From Chromera velia (lineage: Eukaryota): a stretch of 48,776 nucleotides of DNA. The stretch is from contig JAHBMJ010000382.1 of the NCBI GenBank assembly GCA_018398765.1, positions 1-48,776 of the forward strand. Direction: 5' to 3'. Numbering within the stretch: position 1 is the first letter of the stretch; the number at the start of each line of letters is the position of its first letter. Positions 25,815-39,530 of this stretch are shown in pieces. The position numbers and the translations under genes are program-made. Under the pieces are notes generated by a model. That model saw nothing but the letters and a program-made list of their open reading frames with translations. It had not been told where the DNA came from and made no database searches.

Positions 25815-25960
25815 GACCATCGATCGATCGATTCGGCCCGACGCGGCCGGCCGGTCGGTTCGGCGGCCCCGCGGCCCATGCATGCAGCCGCGCGGGGTCC
25901 GACCGCTTTGTGACCCCGCGGAAAGCGTAGCGGGGGGTACGTACAACTTAGAAAACGACA
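25815..25960. promoter_or_regulatory. GC/CpG-rich palindromic core of the orphan/SRP9 divergent intergenic region
   Basis: Nested palindromes, TGCATGCA, and a motif at 25912-25954 shared with 15857-15940. Role inferred. Confidence 0.55.
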
Positions 25961-26376
25961 TTTAGAGACCGTGTTGCCGTCTCCACAGCACCAGGTGACA
26001 GGTGTGTTCGTTCACTCGGATAGCTAGTCGGTCCATGTCAGTCCGTTGATGTCCTTTCCTCTAGCTACGCTCGAAGCTCTATATACAGCGGTAATCTGCC
26101 AACTCTCCGGGTTTTACTAAAGAGTCGCTTCGCCGCTTCCTGGTTGAGTTGTCTTTTTAAAACTCCAGTTTCTAGTTCGAAGTTGCCTGCCTGAGTTAGA
26201 AATTGTCCGTTGACGGCGAAAGACGCGTGCCCGAGTACCAGGGTCCTATCTGTTGACAGGCCATTGAGTCTTGGGGTGTGAAGGACAGTTTCGAAGTGTG
26301 AACTCTGCGATCAGGGTCCCCAAGGATCGATAGACGTCGTGCTTGTCTCCTCACTCCTGCCTACTCTCTCACCGGC

Positions 26377-28759
26377 ATGGTTAACTTTGAAAACTTCGAA
26401 GAATTCGCCACAGCGGCATGGCATCTCTTTTGCAAGAGACCTTTATTCGTCAGTTTTCCAGCCATTGGTTAGATTCGGGTGGCCGGCTGGAATGGCCATG
26501 CAAATAGAAGCCGACAACTGAAGAGTGGCCGACCTTCTTCACCCGTCTCCTCCCCTTCCCTCCGAAGGCTGTCTGCTTTCCGACCTGAATGCAAAGCGCT
26601 GCGCACGTTTTGTTCATTCTGTCAGTTCTGCTCACTGTTTGTCTCATGGCTGCTTAGAATGACTTTCCATCATTGACAGTATGACCATAAGCAAGTAAGT
26701 TACATGTTCAGTGAGACGGCAAAACTCTACCATCATGTAGAGACCCTCAGATGTGCTGGGGTTGGGGTGGGGGGGGGTGGGGAAGACAATCCATTTCAGA
26801 GAAACGAACGAGACACAGTCTCGGTGGGACGGCGTGGCAAAAGAAGCTTCCCTCCCCGTTGCTGCGTTTTCTTGACGACGCGCAGATCGTGCGATAGTTT
26901 TGAACGGCGACCGTTCCGCACAGAAACGCATACAGAAATAGGGAGGCGCACAGAAAGCGATCACAGACTGACAAAAAGACATGCGCCACTTCGTTTCCGT
27001 GGTTGCTCTGATGATCCTTGTCTTCCTTGTTTGTTTTGTTTTTGCAGACGCGATATGAAATCAAATACCGGCATGCAGATCGCGTGGTGGTGTTGAAGGT
27101 GACAGATGACATACAGGTCTGTCTTTTGGTTTGCAAATCAGGGCACGTGTCGGGATGCATTACATACACGACTAGAAAAGACTCGACTGACAGACACTCG
27201 TTTGAATGCATGTACGGTTTTCCTCGTGGTAGAGAAAGAGGAGAGACGAACAGAAAAAAGAAAGAGGAGGAAGAGGCCGCCATATGCGAGAGAGAGATGG
27301 CGGGGCACGAGACAGATACTCCAGAAAGAAAGCAAAGCATGTATCGACCTCTGGACGTTAACTGTCTTCTTTCCTTCCGCTCCTCTGAGCAAAAAAGTTG
27401 AGGGAGAGGTTTGTTGTGAGATAGAAAAGAAAGGAGACGCGGCAGACAGACAGACAGACAGACAAGTGGAGAGACTCTCAGAGAAAGTTGCAAGAGGGAG
27501 GGAGAAGAAAATGTGAGAGAGACCACAGAAAGAGATCTGGTCGGATTCGGGAATGGCCGCTGCGCTGTCCTGACGCTGGCGCTGAAATTCGATTGATTGT
27601 CTTTGAGGGGNGGGGGGGGGGGGGGGAGAGAGAGAGAGAGCTCTGCTGGATCGTGGGCGTGTGTATCTGTCTGTCTGTATCTTGAACGTGTGTGCATAGC
27701 ATTGCATTGAATGAAATTGATTGTTGCAGTGCATCAAATTCAAGTGCACGGAGCAATCATCATGGAGGCCCGTGGAAACTCTCCAGGCTCTGTTTCTGCG
27801 GTGGACCGTCTCTCCTACAGAGAGCCTCGACCCTTCATTGAAATTTGACGCCATGATCGGTCAGGTTTTTTTTCTTTCTTTCTTTTCTTTCATACAGAAT
27901 TCTTTTTTTTTTGTATGAAAGTAAACGTATCTCCTACAGAGAGCCTCGACCCTTCTTTGAAATGTGACGCCATGATCGGTCAGTCGGTCGGTCAGCAAGA
28001 GAGCCAGTGAGACAGTCAGTGAGACACTCAGTGAGACAGGCAATCAGTCAGTCAATCACCGTCTAAACTTCTTTTTTGCTTCCGTTGTTTTTCCGTTGCT
28101 TTCTTCCTTCCTTCAGCCTGTCCGCCTAGCTCTCTGTCCGGTCTCGCCTGTCTGTCGTTTATGTTTCCTTTTCTGATTCGCAGCGTGGGTTCTGTTCTTT
28201 TCGTGAAGTTTCCTTGACGTTTTGTTCCTCTTGTCGTCTTTGCGGCTGGTGGTTGATCCATTGTCAGCATGGACGTGACTTGGGTTCTCGACTGCATGGT
28301 TCCTGTGGAATTGGTTTTTGCTTCCTTGGGTTTTTGCCTGTTTGTTTCCCGGGCCGTCTGTTGCTCTGTCTATCTCTCTGCCTGCTTATCTCTCACTTTC
28401 TTTTTCCCGCTTAATTCGTTTTGTCTGTGCATCCATCCGCTTTGGACTTTGTCTGTGTGTTTTCCCATGTTCGTTTGTTTCTTTGGTCGCTGATGTTGTT
28501 CGTCTGTTGTTTTTTCGTTTCCTTCCATTCACCGCTTTGACCACAAGTGCAGCAGATTCTTCGACCCTGAAGGAACTCAGAGTGAGTGAGTGAGTGAGTG
28601 AGCAGTGAAAACGATGTATCAGAGGGTTGATAGATACACATATGATCTGCATGTGCTGTATGTGCAGGAGAGATCGGAGAAGCGTTGCACCATGTCGAGC
28701 CACAAGAAGGGCAGGGGGGCTCAGGAGCCAAAAAAAAGAAGAAAAACCGCCGCGGATGA
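26377..28759 (+). CDS. SRP9: Signal recognition particle 9 kDa subunit
   Basis: Exons 26377-26448, 27048-27116, 27730-27859, 28668-28759 give MVNFENFEEFATAAWHLFCKRPLF-TRYEIKYRHADRVVVLKVTDDIQ-CIKFKCTEQ... with a basic tail KKKKKNRRG. Confidence 0.92.
27807..27983 (+). mobile_element. 61-bp insert (27865-27925) flanked by a 58-bp direct repeat of SRP9 exon 3 end plus donor
   Basis: 27807-27864 vs 27926-27983 differ at 3 positions; the insert shares its core with 2496-2544. Mobility is inferred. Confidence 0.55.
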
Positions 28760-28929
28760 CGGTCCGACTGGCGGTTATATGACCTCGGTCACCCATGATT
28801 TCCGAACCAGTGCTACATCATCATGCATGGTCATGCATGTTGGGTACGTGACCCGGCTACCAATAATGTGTCACGAGCTAGGTGACGAAATAAAACTGCA
28901 TGGAGGTCAATTTCAAATTTTTCTTATAG

Positions 28930-29380
28930 ATTAACTGCTAGCTAGTCAGACTTAGATCTAACCATCATCATAATTATCGTCTAGCATTATTAATCGCCAT
29001 ACGTCTTGATTGATTGATTGATTAATAATTTATTGATTGATTGATTGCTTTAATTGAGTGATGCTGACTGATTGGTATTGTATAATGGTCAGAAATTATG
29101 GTCTGATGGATACTTACACTCTAGTTGACAGTAAACTTGACACTGCTTGACAGACAGTTTATACTACTTGTAGTACTACTTGCTCTAGTAGTAAAGGATG
29201 TTCGCTACAATTAAAAGACTGCTTGGCTCCTAGCTAGCTTGGCTCTTAAACTGCATAGAAATAAATCGTATAAGTGCTAGTATATATAAGTGATAGGTGA
29301 TTTAGTAGAGCTTTAGGTAGAGCCTTAGAAAACTGAGTATATTGATTAAACAGATTAGACTCTATCACTATATAGGTCTG
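28930..29380. other. AT/TpA-rich decayed island flanking the retroelement
   Basis: Dense CTAG/TAG and (GATT)n; no ORF. Confidence 0.55.
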
Positions 29381-29508
29381 CCTCCTCGTCCTCCTCCTCA
29401 TCCTCCTCCTCCTCCCCCTCCTCCCTCCACTCGTACCCCCCCTCAGCTCGCCTACCAGCTCCACCCCTTGGCGATTCGCATTACACAGTATCGTCCTCTT
29501 CAGCCGCC

Positions 29509-31500
<1,992 letters not shown>

Positions 31501-31832
31501 TTTGTTAAAATTGCATTTGAAGTAAAGTGCTCAGTAAAGTGCTAACAGTCGTATATAGCCAGTGAGCCGACTTCTTGGGCGCTTGCCAACCCGTTATAAG
31601 AATTCATCATTTTTCACATCATTTTATGTATCAATTGAAATGCACAAAGTTACTATAAAGTTACAAAAAACTGACTCCGAAAAAATATAAAAGAAATCTA
31701 TTCTTCTATCCGTTCAGCAAACATAAAACCTCATAAAACATGTTGAATGGTCGGGAAATCTGGTGCAAGCCTCTCTTTTCCAGCTGAGCTGTGCGTCCAG
31801 GTTGAACATAGTTGCTCAAAAGAATTTGTTCC

Positions 31833-32309
31833 TTAATTCAAGATCTCTTCCGACGCCTTCCAGTTGTCCAAAGAAAAAGGGGCAGGCTTCAGTCTTGCCA
31901 GTCTGGAGAGCGCACGAGCTGTCATGCCTCCGGTCTCCCTCAGCCTCTGTGCCTCTGAGCCTCTCGGCCCCCCCCCCTTCCTTCCCCTGTCTCTTTCTCT
32001 CTCACCTCCCCTCGAATCAGGCGGCCACGCACAGGACGTCACAGCGTGAGTGCCGTCCATCGCTGCCGCCCTAGCGATTTGGTTGTTCTGCTGTTGCTGT
32101 TGCTGTGTCGAGAGCGTCCCTGCAGAGGGTACAGAGAAAAACCCCGACCCTGAGGACGTGCAGGTCCTGTTGGGGTCTCTCTGGAAAGACAGAGAGAACG
32201 TCCGCTGCTGGCATGGGTCTTCTCCTGCTGTCGTGTCTTGGGAGGGAATTGAGATGGCAGCCGCAGTCAGAAATCCCGCTGCATTTACACACATTCACAC
32301 ACACACACG

Positions 32310-32383
<74 letters not shown>

Positions 32384-32949
32384 TTCACGTAAATTGTATG
32401 CATGTATACATTGATGCAATATTTTGGCACCAGCAAACGTGCACACTACTCGCTCGTGTCTCAAAAGCTCAGACAACGCCTTAGTTGAGAAGCAGATTGC
32501 AGACGAATCGACCACAGTCCCTGATTCAACGTGTTTGTTTGCATGCATGACTGCACGCATGGTTCATGCATGTCTACAACACTCATGCATAAACTTTGCA
32601 ATTCTGTATGCATGCCTGTCCACTCTTAAGTCAGTCTGTCAATATGTATTGCAGGCCATTGAGCGAACTTCCTCCCCGCCCACCCATCCTGCCCCCTGAT
32701 CCCCCCCACCCCGTGTTGCTGTGTGTCAGTCAGTCCTTCCGAATAATTAATTGTATTTCGATTTCTTCTTCCCCATACCGACCCGGAAGCGTCTGCGCCA
32801 CGGCCTTCGGAGAGCACCCCTGTCCCTGTGAGTGCCGACAGCCCGTCCAGTACCCCCGATCCAGGTCCCTCTGGAAGGGACAGCCGTCTTTGGGGGTCCT
32901 GCAGTGGGCAGGCAGACAGGCAGCCAGACAGAGAGACAGACAGATAGTC

Positions 32950-32980
<31 letters not shown>

Positions 32981-33070
32981 TGAACATGCAGATAGACAGA
33001 CATTTAGTCCAACAATCCGGCAGTGCGCTGCGTTCGGGCGTCTGCATGGTCTCTCCACACTCTTTTTGAA

Positions 33071-33107
<37 letters not shown>

Positions 33108-33810
33108 ACAAGCGTCTGTCGCCCAGCAGACAGCTTTCAAGTGCAACCTCACCTGAAGGCACCGAGGAATCAGGCAGCCGGTAAAGAAGCGGAGGGAGAG
33201 AAAAGACGGAAGGAAAGCCAGATACCTCGACTGACTACTGAGCCAAAAACAGAGCGAGAGGCGGAGACAGGGGAGCAAACATACAGAGACATAGACGGAC
33301 AGGCAAACCCACAGAGGAACCAGAGACAGAGGAGGCACTCACTTCAACAGGCGCCTGCTGGACATCACTTGAAGAGGAGGACACCTGAGGGCACGAGGAA
33401 TTCGAGTTGCACGTTTGGCAGGGTTGAGATGAAACAGGGAGAACAAAAGAGATCGATGGATAGCGATGCAAGAGAAGGGATTGGTTGGTTGGTTGGTTGG
33501 TTGGTCAGAGACGAATGCATGCATGGAGATGATGGACAGCAGATGCGATCGAAAGATCATGGGATTCGAGGAGAGAGATCGAGTCTTTCCTCCACGCATG
33601 CAGACTGAGGAGGAGGAGGAAGAGGATGTGAAATTTGGTTTCTTTCTCAACAAACCAAAGGGCACTACAGGTGGTTAAGGATCGAAGAAAGGAGAAACTC
33701 TTGCGACTTCAGATCAATGACAGACCTGGACATACTCATAAAGGAAAAGCCGATGCGAAAGAGACGTGAGGGCAAGGGACAGGAAGAAAAGCACTGTCCG
33801 AAACTCAATC

Positions 33811-33841
<31 letters not shown>

Positions 33842-35759
33842 ACTTCAAGAAGAAGAAGAAGAAGAAGAAGAAGAACAAGAAGAAGAAGAAGAAGAAGAAG
33901 AAGAAGGGAGGAGCAGAAGCAAAACGGAGAGGCAAAAGAGAAAAGGAAAAAATTGTGAAACGAAGAGGGGAATCGAGACATTGAGAAGAGAAAAAAAAAA
34001 TCAAGAATGTGTGAGCATGAGGGAGAAATCCAAGACTCAAAAGGAGTCAACGGACCAATCATGATAGTAGTCGTACACCTTGTCTGGTGCTATCAACTGC
34101 AATCAATCAGTCAGTCAGTCAGTCAGTGAGGGCATTGCGGACAGGAAAAAGAGCGCGGAAGCAATGCAAAAAACTGCTAGCTCTTTCGGGAAGCTGGCAA
34201 GTAAGTCATGGAAGGAATCGAAGATCTCCCCCCCTAAAAATCTTCACTTAATTTCTCCTCAACCGACCCTGTCTAGTTGTCGCAAGTTGGTGTTCTCCCG
34301 TTCCACGCCTGCACATGCACGCACAAATGCAGAGAGAACCTTGAGGGCTGATTCATAGGAAAAGGAAAAGAAACGTCTGTGAAAGCCATGGGAAAAGCAA
34401 ATGAGATGAGAAGAATGGCTTCATAGCGTCTCCGTATGCTTCTCCTTCTTCTTCCTTCCTTCCTTCCTTCCTTCCTTCCTGCCTTCCTTCCTTCCTTCCT
34501 TCCTTCCGTCCTTCCTTCCTTCCTTCCTTCCTTCCCTTCTTCCTTCCCTCCCTCCCTCCCTCCCTCCCTCATTGCTTGCTTTCTTTCTAATTTTCTTTCG
34601 TTCTTGTTTGTTTTCTTACTTGCCCACGCACTCACTTACTGAGTGTTTGTCTCCCTTTCTGTATGCGTAAATTGAAGAAAACAATAACTAATCTAATTTG
34701 TCTGTAGGTTTGTCTGACTCTAGCTGCGTCTGTCTGTCTGTGCATTGGCCGATCTGTCGGAAGCGGCAAGCAACGTTACGTTAAGAAAGGGGAGCAACTC
34801 AAGTCTGCACAGCTGTCTCTTGATGCCACCCACAGGCTTTCTGACTGACGCTCATTGGCTTCTGTTTCTTGAAAGAGGTCCCGCTGCAATGGAGGAGCAA
34901 GGAAAGGGAGATGGAACAAAAAGGAGACAACAGAGAAAAAAGAAACCAAGAACAACGCGTTTCAAGGAGAGAAATCTCGTACAAGCAGTATCTGATCTTA
35001 CGTCTCGACACGTTCCAATACTTTTTAATTATCGTCGAAAGGTTTAAATGAGAGATATTCCAGCCGGATTCTCAAACCTTGAAGACCTGATCGAAGTATC
35101 AGTGGAGGGAGGGACACCGAGCCCAAAAAACTTGTTCTCGACGCAGCAAAAGGCTGCAATGATCCCGAAGCGGTCGACCGACCTTCGAGGTGAACACCAA
35201 GGGCGGCGCCGAGCGATACTGCAATGAAGCAAGAAAGCACAGCATGCAAAAAGACAAGAATTAATGTAGGTGTACGTGTGCGATTTGCAGCGAGGGAGCG
35301 ACATGATCAGTGTTCTCGTCAGTCAAAGAGAGCGACAACCTTCTTTGATGCTAATGAAAGGAGGGCAACCTTGTTTGAAACACCTTGCAGGAAGGAAATG
35401 AAAGGAAGGCAGGCAGGCAGGCTACCTACCTGGAACATCGGGAGATGCGGGGGGTTCTCTGGCCCTGGGACAGCGCCCTCGATTTTCCAGCGACTCCGCT
35501 GTGAGAGGTATCTGCAAAGACACGTGCACGAAAAACAAACAATTAAGTGGGCGTTTAAGTGCATTGATCTACGCTTCTGTGGCGGGAAAAACCAAAAGTT
35601 GGAGGGAAAAGTTGGGAAGGAAGAGTGGCTGACAGACAGGTGCAGTGGGAGGGATACAGGGGAAAGAGAGAGTGGCCTGTCTGACGGTAATTCATTTACG
35701 TGGGGTGGAACAGACTGGATCGGATGGATGAGGGAGAGAAAAAGAGGCAGACAGGCCGA

Positions 35760-35800
<41 letters not shown>

Positions 35801-36611
35801 GGGGGGAGGGAGGGGACCGAAGGCTGACCGATTTGCTTTTTGGAGGTTCTTTGAGACCATTCGCAAAACCGCTGGGTTTCGCTGCCAAATTTCCTGTTCC
35901 TCTGTTCCTTCCTTGCCCTTCTCCTTTGTTGAGCCTGATACTGATGGACCTCCCTCCTGCTCCTCTTTTGGTCCTCCTCTCTCCTTTTCACTGTGACGAG
36001 ACATTCGCTCACTCTCACGAGAATGTTTTTGAGAATGCGCATGTGCATCGCAGCAAGAGGGAGAGGAGGGCATTCGAGCAAGGGTTGTGGATGAGGGTAG
36101 GCGAGCGTGCTGTTTTGCAAGTGGATTGCGAAACTTGGCCACCGAGCTCCGTGTCTTTCTTTCCGACATCACAACAGAGTCCTGCAGAGCGCCCCCTTCT
36201 TCCTTGTTCCGATCGAAGGTTCTCTCCGTCACACCTCCCCTGCCTGCGAGTGCCCCCTTGCCTTTGCCCTGACGGAGGGACCACTCGAAAGCAGGGGGGG
36301 GGCTCCTGGGTGTGCTTGAGAAAGCCTGCATGCATGCATGCATGGATGTACCCATGGATGCAAGGCAGACAGGAGATCAGAAAGGCAGGATCAAAGAGAC
36401 AAAAAGGCAAAGACAGGCAGACAAACGAACAGGCGGACGGATCGACGGATGGACACAGAAGGAAAGATAGATAGACAGACAGACAGACAGACATACAGAC
36501 AAAAAACAAGAAACAAAGAAAGAATGAATGGACAAATGAATGAATGAAAGAACAATCGAGCGAACAAAAGATCGAAAGAAAAGCAAAACTTCTTTGGGAA
36601 GTAAAGAACCA

Positions 36612-36651
<40 letters not shown>

Positions 36652-38143
36652 AACAAAAAAAGAAAAAAAGAACGAAGGAAGGAAGGAAGGAAGGAAAGAA
36701 AGAAAGAAAGAAAGAAAGAACCAAAGAAAGAAAGAAAGAAAGAAAGAAACGAAGGAGCGGGATGAGGAATGGCGCACAGACAGACAATTTGCAGAAAAAC
36801 AACAAAAGAAAGACAAACTCACCGCAAGGTCTTCCCCATAAATTTCATTCCACACAGCCCTTCTGAATGCTCCGCTTTGATTATAGAGTCCCTGCATGCA
36901 TACATAGATTCTCACACGGACGCAAAAGAAATAATCTGGAAGGCTACTCTCCCCCCCCCGACTGCTCCCTGCTCACTCACTCACTCACTCACTCACTCAC
37001 ACACTCACACTCACACTCACACTCACACTCTCTCACTCACTCACTCACTCACTCACTCACTGGAAGTTGACTAGTTCAAGCTGTCAGAGAGATCTCTTGG
37101 ATCAGACAAAGACTGCACAAGATGTCGATTCCCTGGCTGTGCAATCTTTGCGCGCGATCGGGCAATCCTTTCATTTGGACTAGAAACACAATTTCACCGG
37201 AAGAGAAGCTGAAAAGCAAATGACGAACCTCCAATTTTGCCATCGCCTCTGCGTTTCTCTTTCTCTCTGCGGCTTCTTGCCATCGCTGTTGTTCCTTCAA
37301 GGACAGTTTGGCCAATCCAAATCGCGCAAATGTCTGCTCAAAAGAGTTCTGCACAACCACCCCTTGGTCCCATCTGCATTCGGAAAGGAATGGATGTTTT
37401 TTGCACACAAAATTCAAACAGAAGGAATGGAAGAGTCCCTCAAAATCACACAGAGAGATTCATTTAAATACCGACGCTTCTTTGCTTAGAAAAAAGGGCA
37501 AAAGAGAGGAAAGTTCTACGACAAAAAAAGAAGTGAAGGAGAAAACACACAGCAGAAAAAGATCCAAAGTGATCGATCACGAGGGTCCCCTCAAAGCCCA
37601 GCCGAACGTATCAGCGGATGCCAACCGTGTTGCATTGTCTGTCTGACTGATTCACCTCATCCCCCCCTAACTCAGTGACTGACACTGCTTTTCCCTCTGG
37701 TGCTGCTACAGGCCGTGTCAGCAGCTTGTCCCCCAGGTCCTTTAGATTCCCTTCGTATTCTCCCCGCCAGCTGCACGAACCACATCAATTAAATAGACAT
37801 GCAGACACATGTGCTAGCACACGCGCACGCAATGACGCACTCACACACAGGAGGGCGCAAGGGGGGCAAAGAATGAGAACAAAAGGCACGGGGAAAGAGA
37901 AAGAAAGGAGGAAGGGAAGAGGACGACAAACAGAGACAGGAAGAAGGGGAGAAAAGGGAAAAAAGACAAACAGACAGACAAAGGGGAGAAAAGGGAAAAA
38001 AGACAAACAGACAGGCACCTATTGCTAAAAGACATGCACAGAGACAACCTACACCAGCAAATTTTCTCCACGAAAATTAACCAAGACCGTATAATTTGCG
38101 GCCTGTGTATGTGTCTATTGCATACATCTGTGTGCACGTATCG

Positions 38144-38181
<38 letters not shown>

Positions 38182-38491
38182 ATGCAAGACGGTATAGCTC
38201 ACTGACTGACTCTCCAGGGCGAACAGTCCTGTCAAAGTATCCGGTGTCACTCTTGTTGACCTTGAACTTCTTCTGCACTCACATTCACAGCATCGATACA
38301 ACAATGCAGCGTGGTATTGAAGAAGGGAGGAAATGTCAGCGTGTACATGTTTGTTGGTGCAGACGCAGATCGACGAACATCGAATCGGTCCTCAACGCCA
38401 TGCTCTCTCTCTTTTCTACCTTACTTGACGTTGAAAAAAAGAAAGGATGCATGCATGGTTTTTTGGTGAGTGAGGGCAGCGTGAGAGAGAG

Positions 38492-38528
<37 letters not shown>

Positions 38529-39485
38529 AACAATGAGAGTTCCAAAATTGATCCCTTGTCTGTCTTTGTTTCGCCCTACTTGACGGACCTTCTCAGTCTT
38601 TCGAAGCGCGGCAGTCCGGCTGTAGGAAGAGGACCGAGGGAGAGCAGGGACGGAAAAACATGGCATTCATTGAGAAATGCAAAAATCAAAGCTAGCTCAA
38701 ATTGGCCCACAAATCAACCAACTGAATGCAGAGCAGGTAGAGCGTACACAAATTACACGACAATGAAGCGACCAGAGTTGGCACACATGCATGCCAATCG
38801 TGCGGAAGATAAACGCAGAAAAACGGCCGGCCCGCAAAGAAAAATCATGTCACCAGGTAGGCAATAGGGTGCTTCCCCCACGCCAGCTGCCGCCTTTCCC
38901 CTCGCCTTTTCTTCTGACTGTCTGCCTGTCTGTCTGTGTCACTGGCCTATCTTTCTGAACTCCAAACTCACCGTAGTGCATCTTCCGCTTTTCTCTGCTC
39001 TTTCTGCACCTGCAAAGCGTAAGGAGAAATGGCAGGCAGAAATCTTCACATTCTCCTCTAATGTAAGTGAAGAAAGTGGAGATCACCTCGTCTCATCTCT
39101 CCGCCCTTCCTCCTCGCCCTCCATCTTTTTGCCCCATGCATCCTCCGAGTACACAAAGAGAGACAGACGCATTTATTCATACACATGCAGACAGACACCA
39201 TCAGGACACACGTGCAGACGCACAGGCAAAGCTCTTGCTCATGTGCTCATTCATGTGTTCATCACTGCAAGAATGGAAAAAGGGCATGCAAGCTGTCAAT
39301 CCTGCAGACATGCGGACCTACCTCAGTCTTCTTGATTCGCCGAAGGGTCCTCGCGGTGTGTTGAAGTCTCAGGTCGTCTGCAATCTCATTCATGCATTCA
39401 TTCATTCATGTACTCTCACTCGACCAGACAGCGGACTCATCAGTTTTTTACTTGACAAATCTCGCCTTCGTTGCCTTGAGAAAAT

Positions 39486-39530
<45 letters not shown>

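Noticed and set aside
28552..28934. Additional SRP9 exon and longer 3' ORF
   Set aside because: Phase mismatch with the terminal exon that gives the typical basic SRP9 tail
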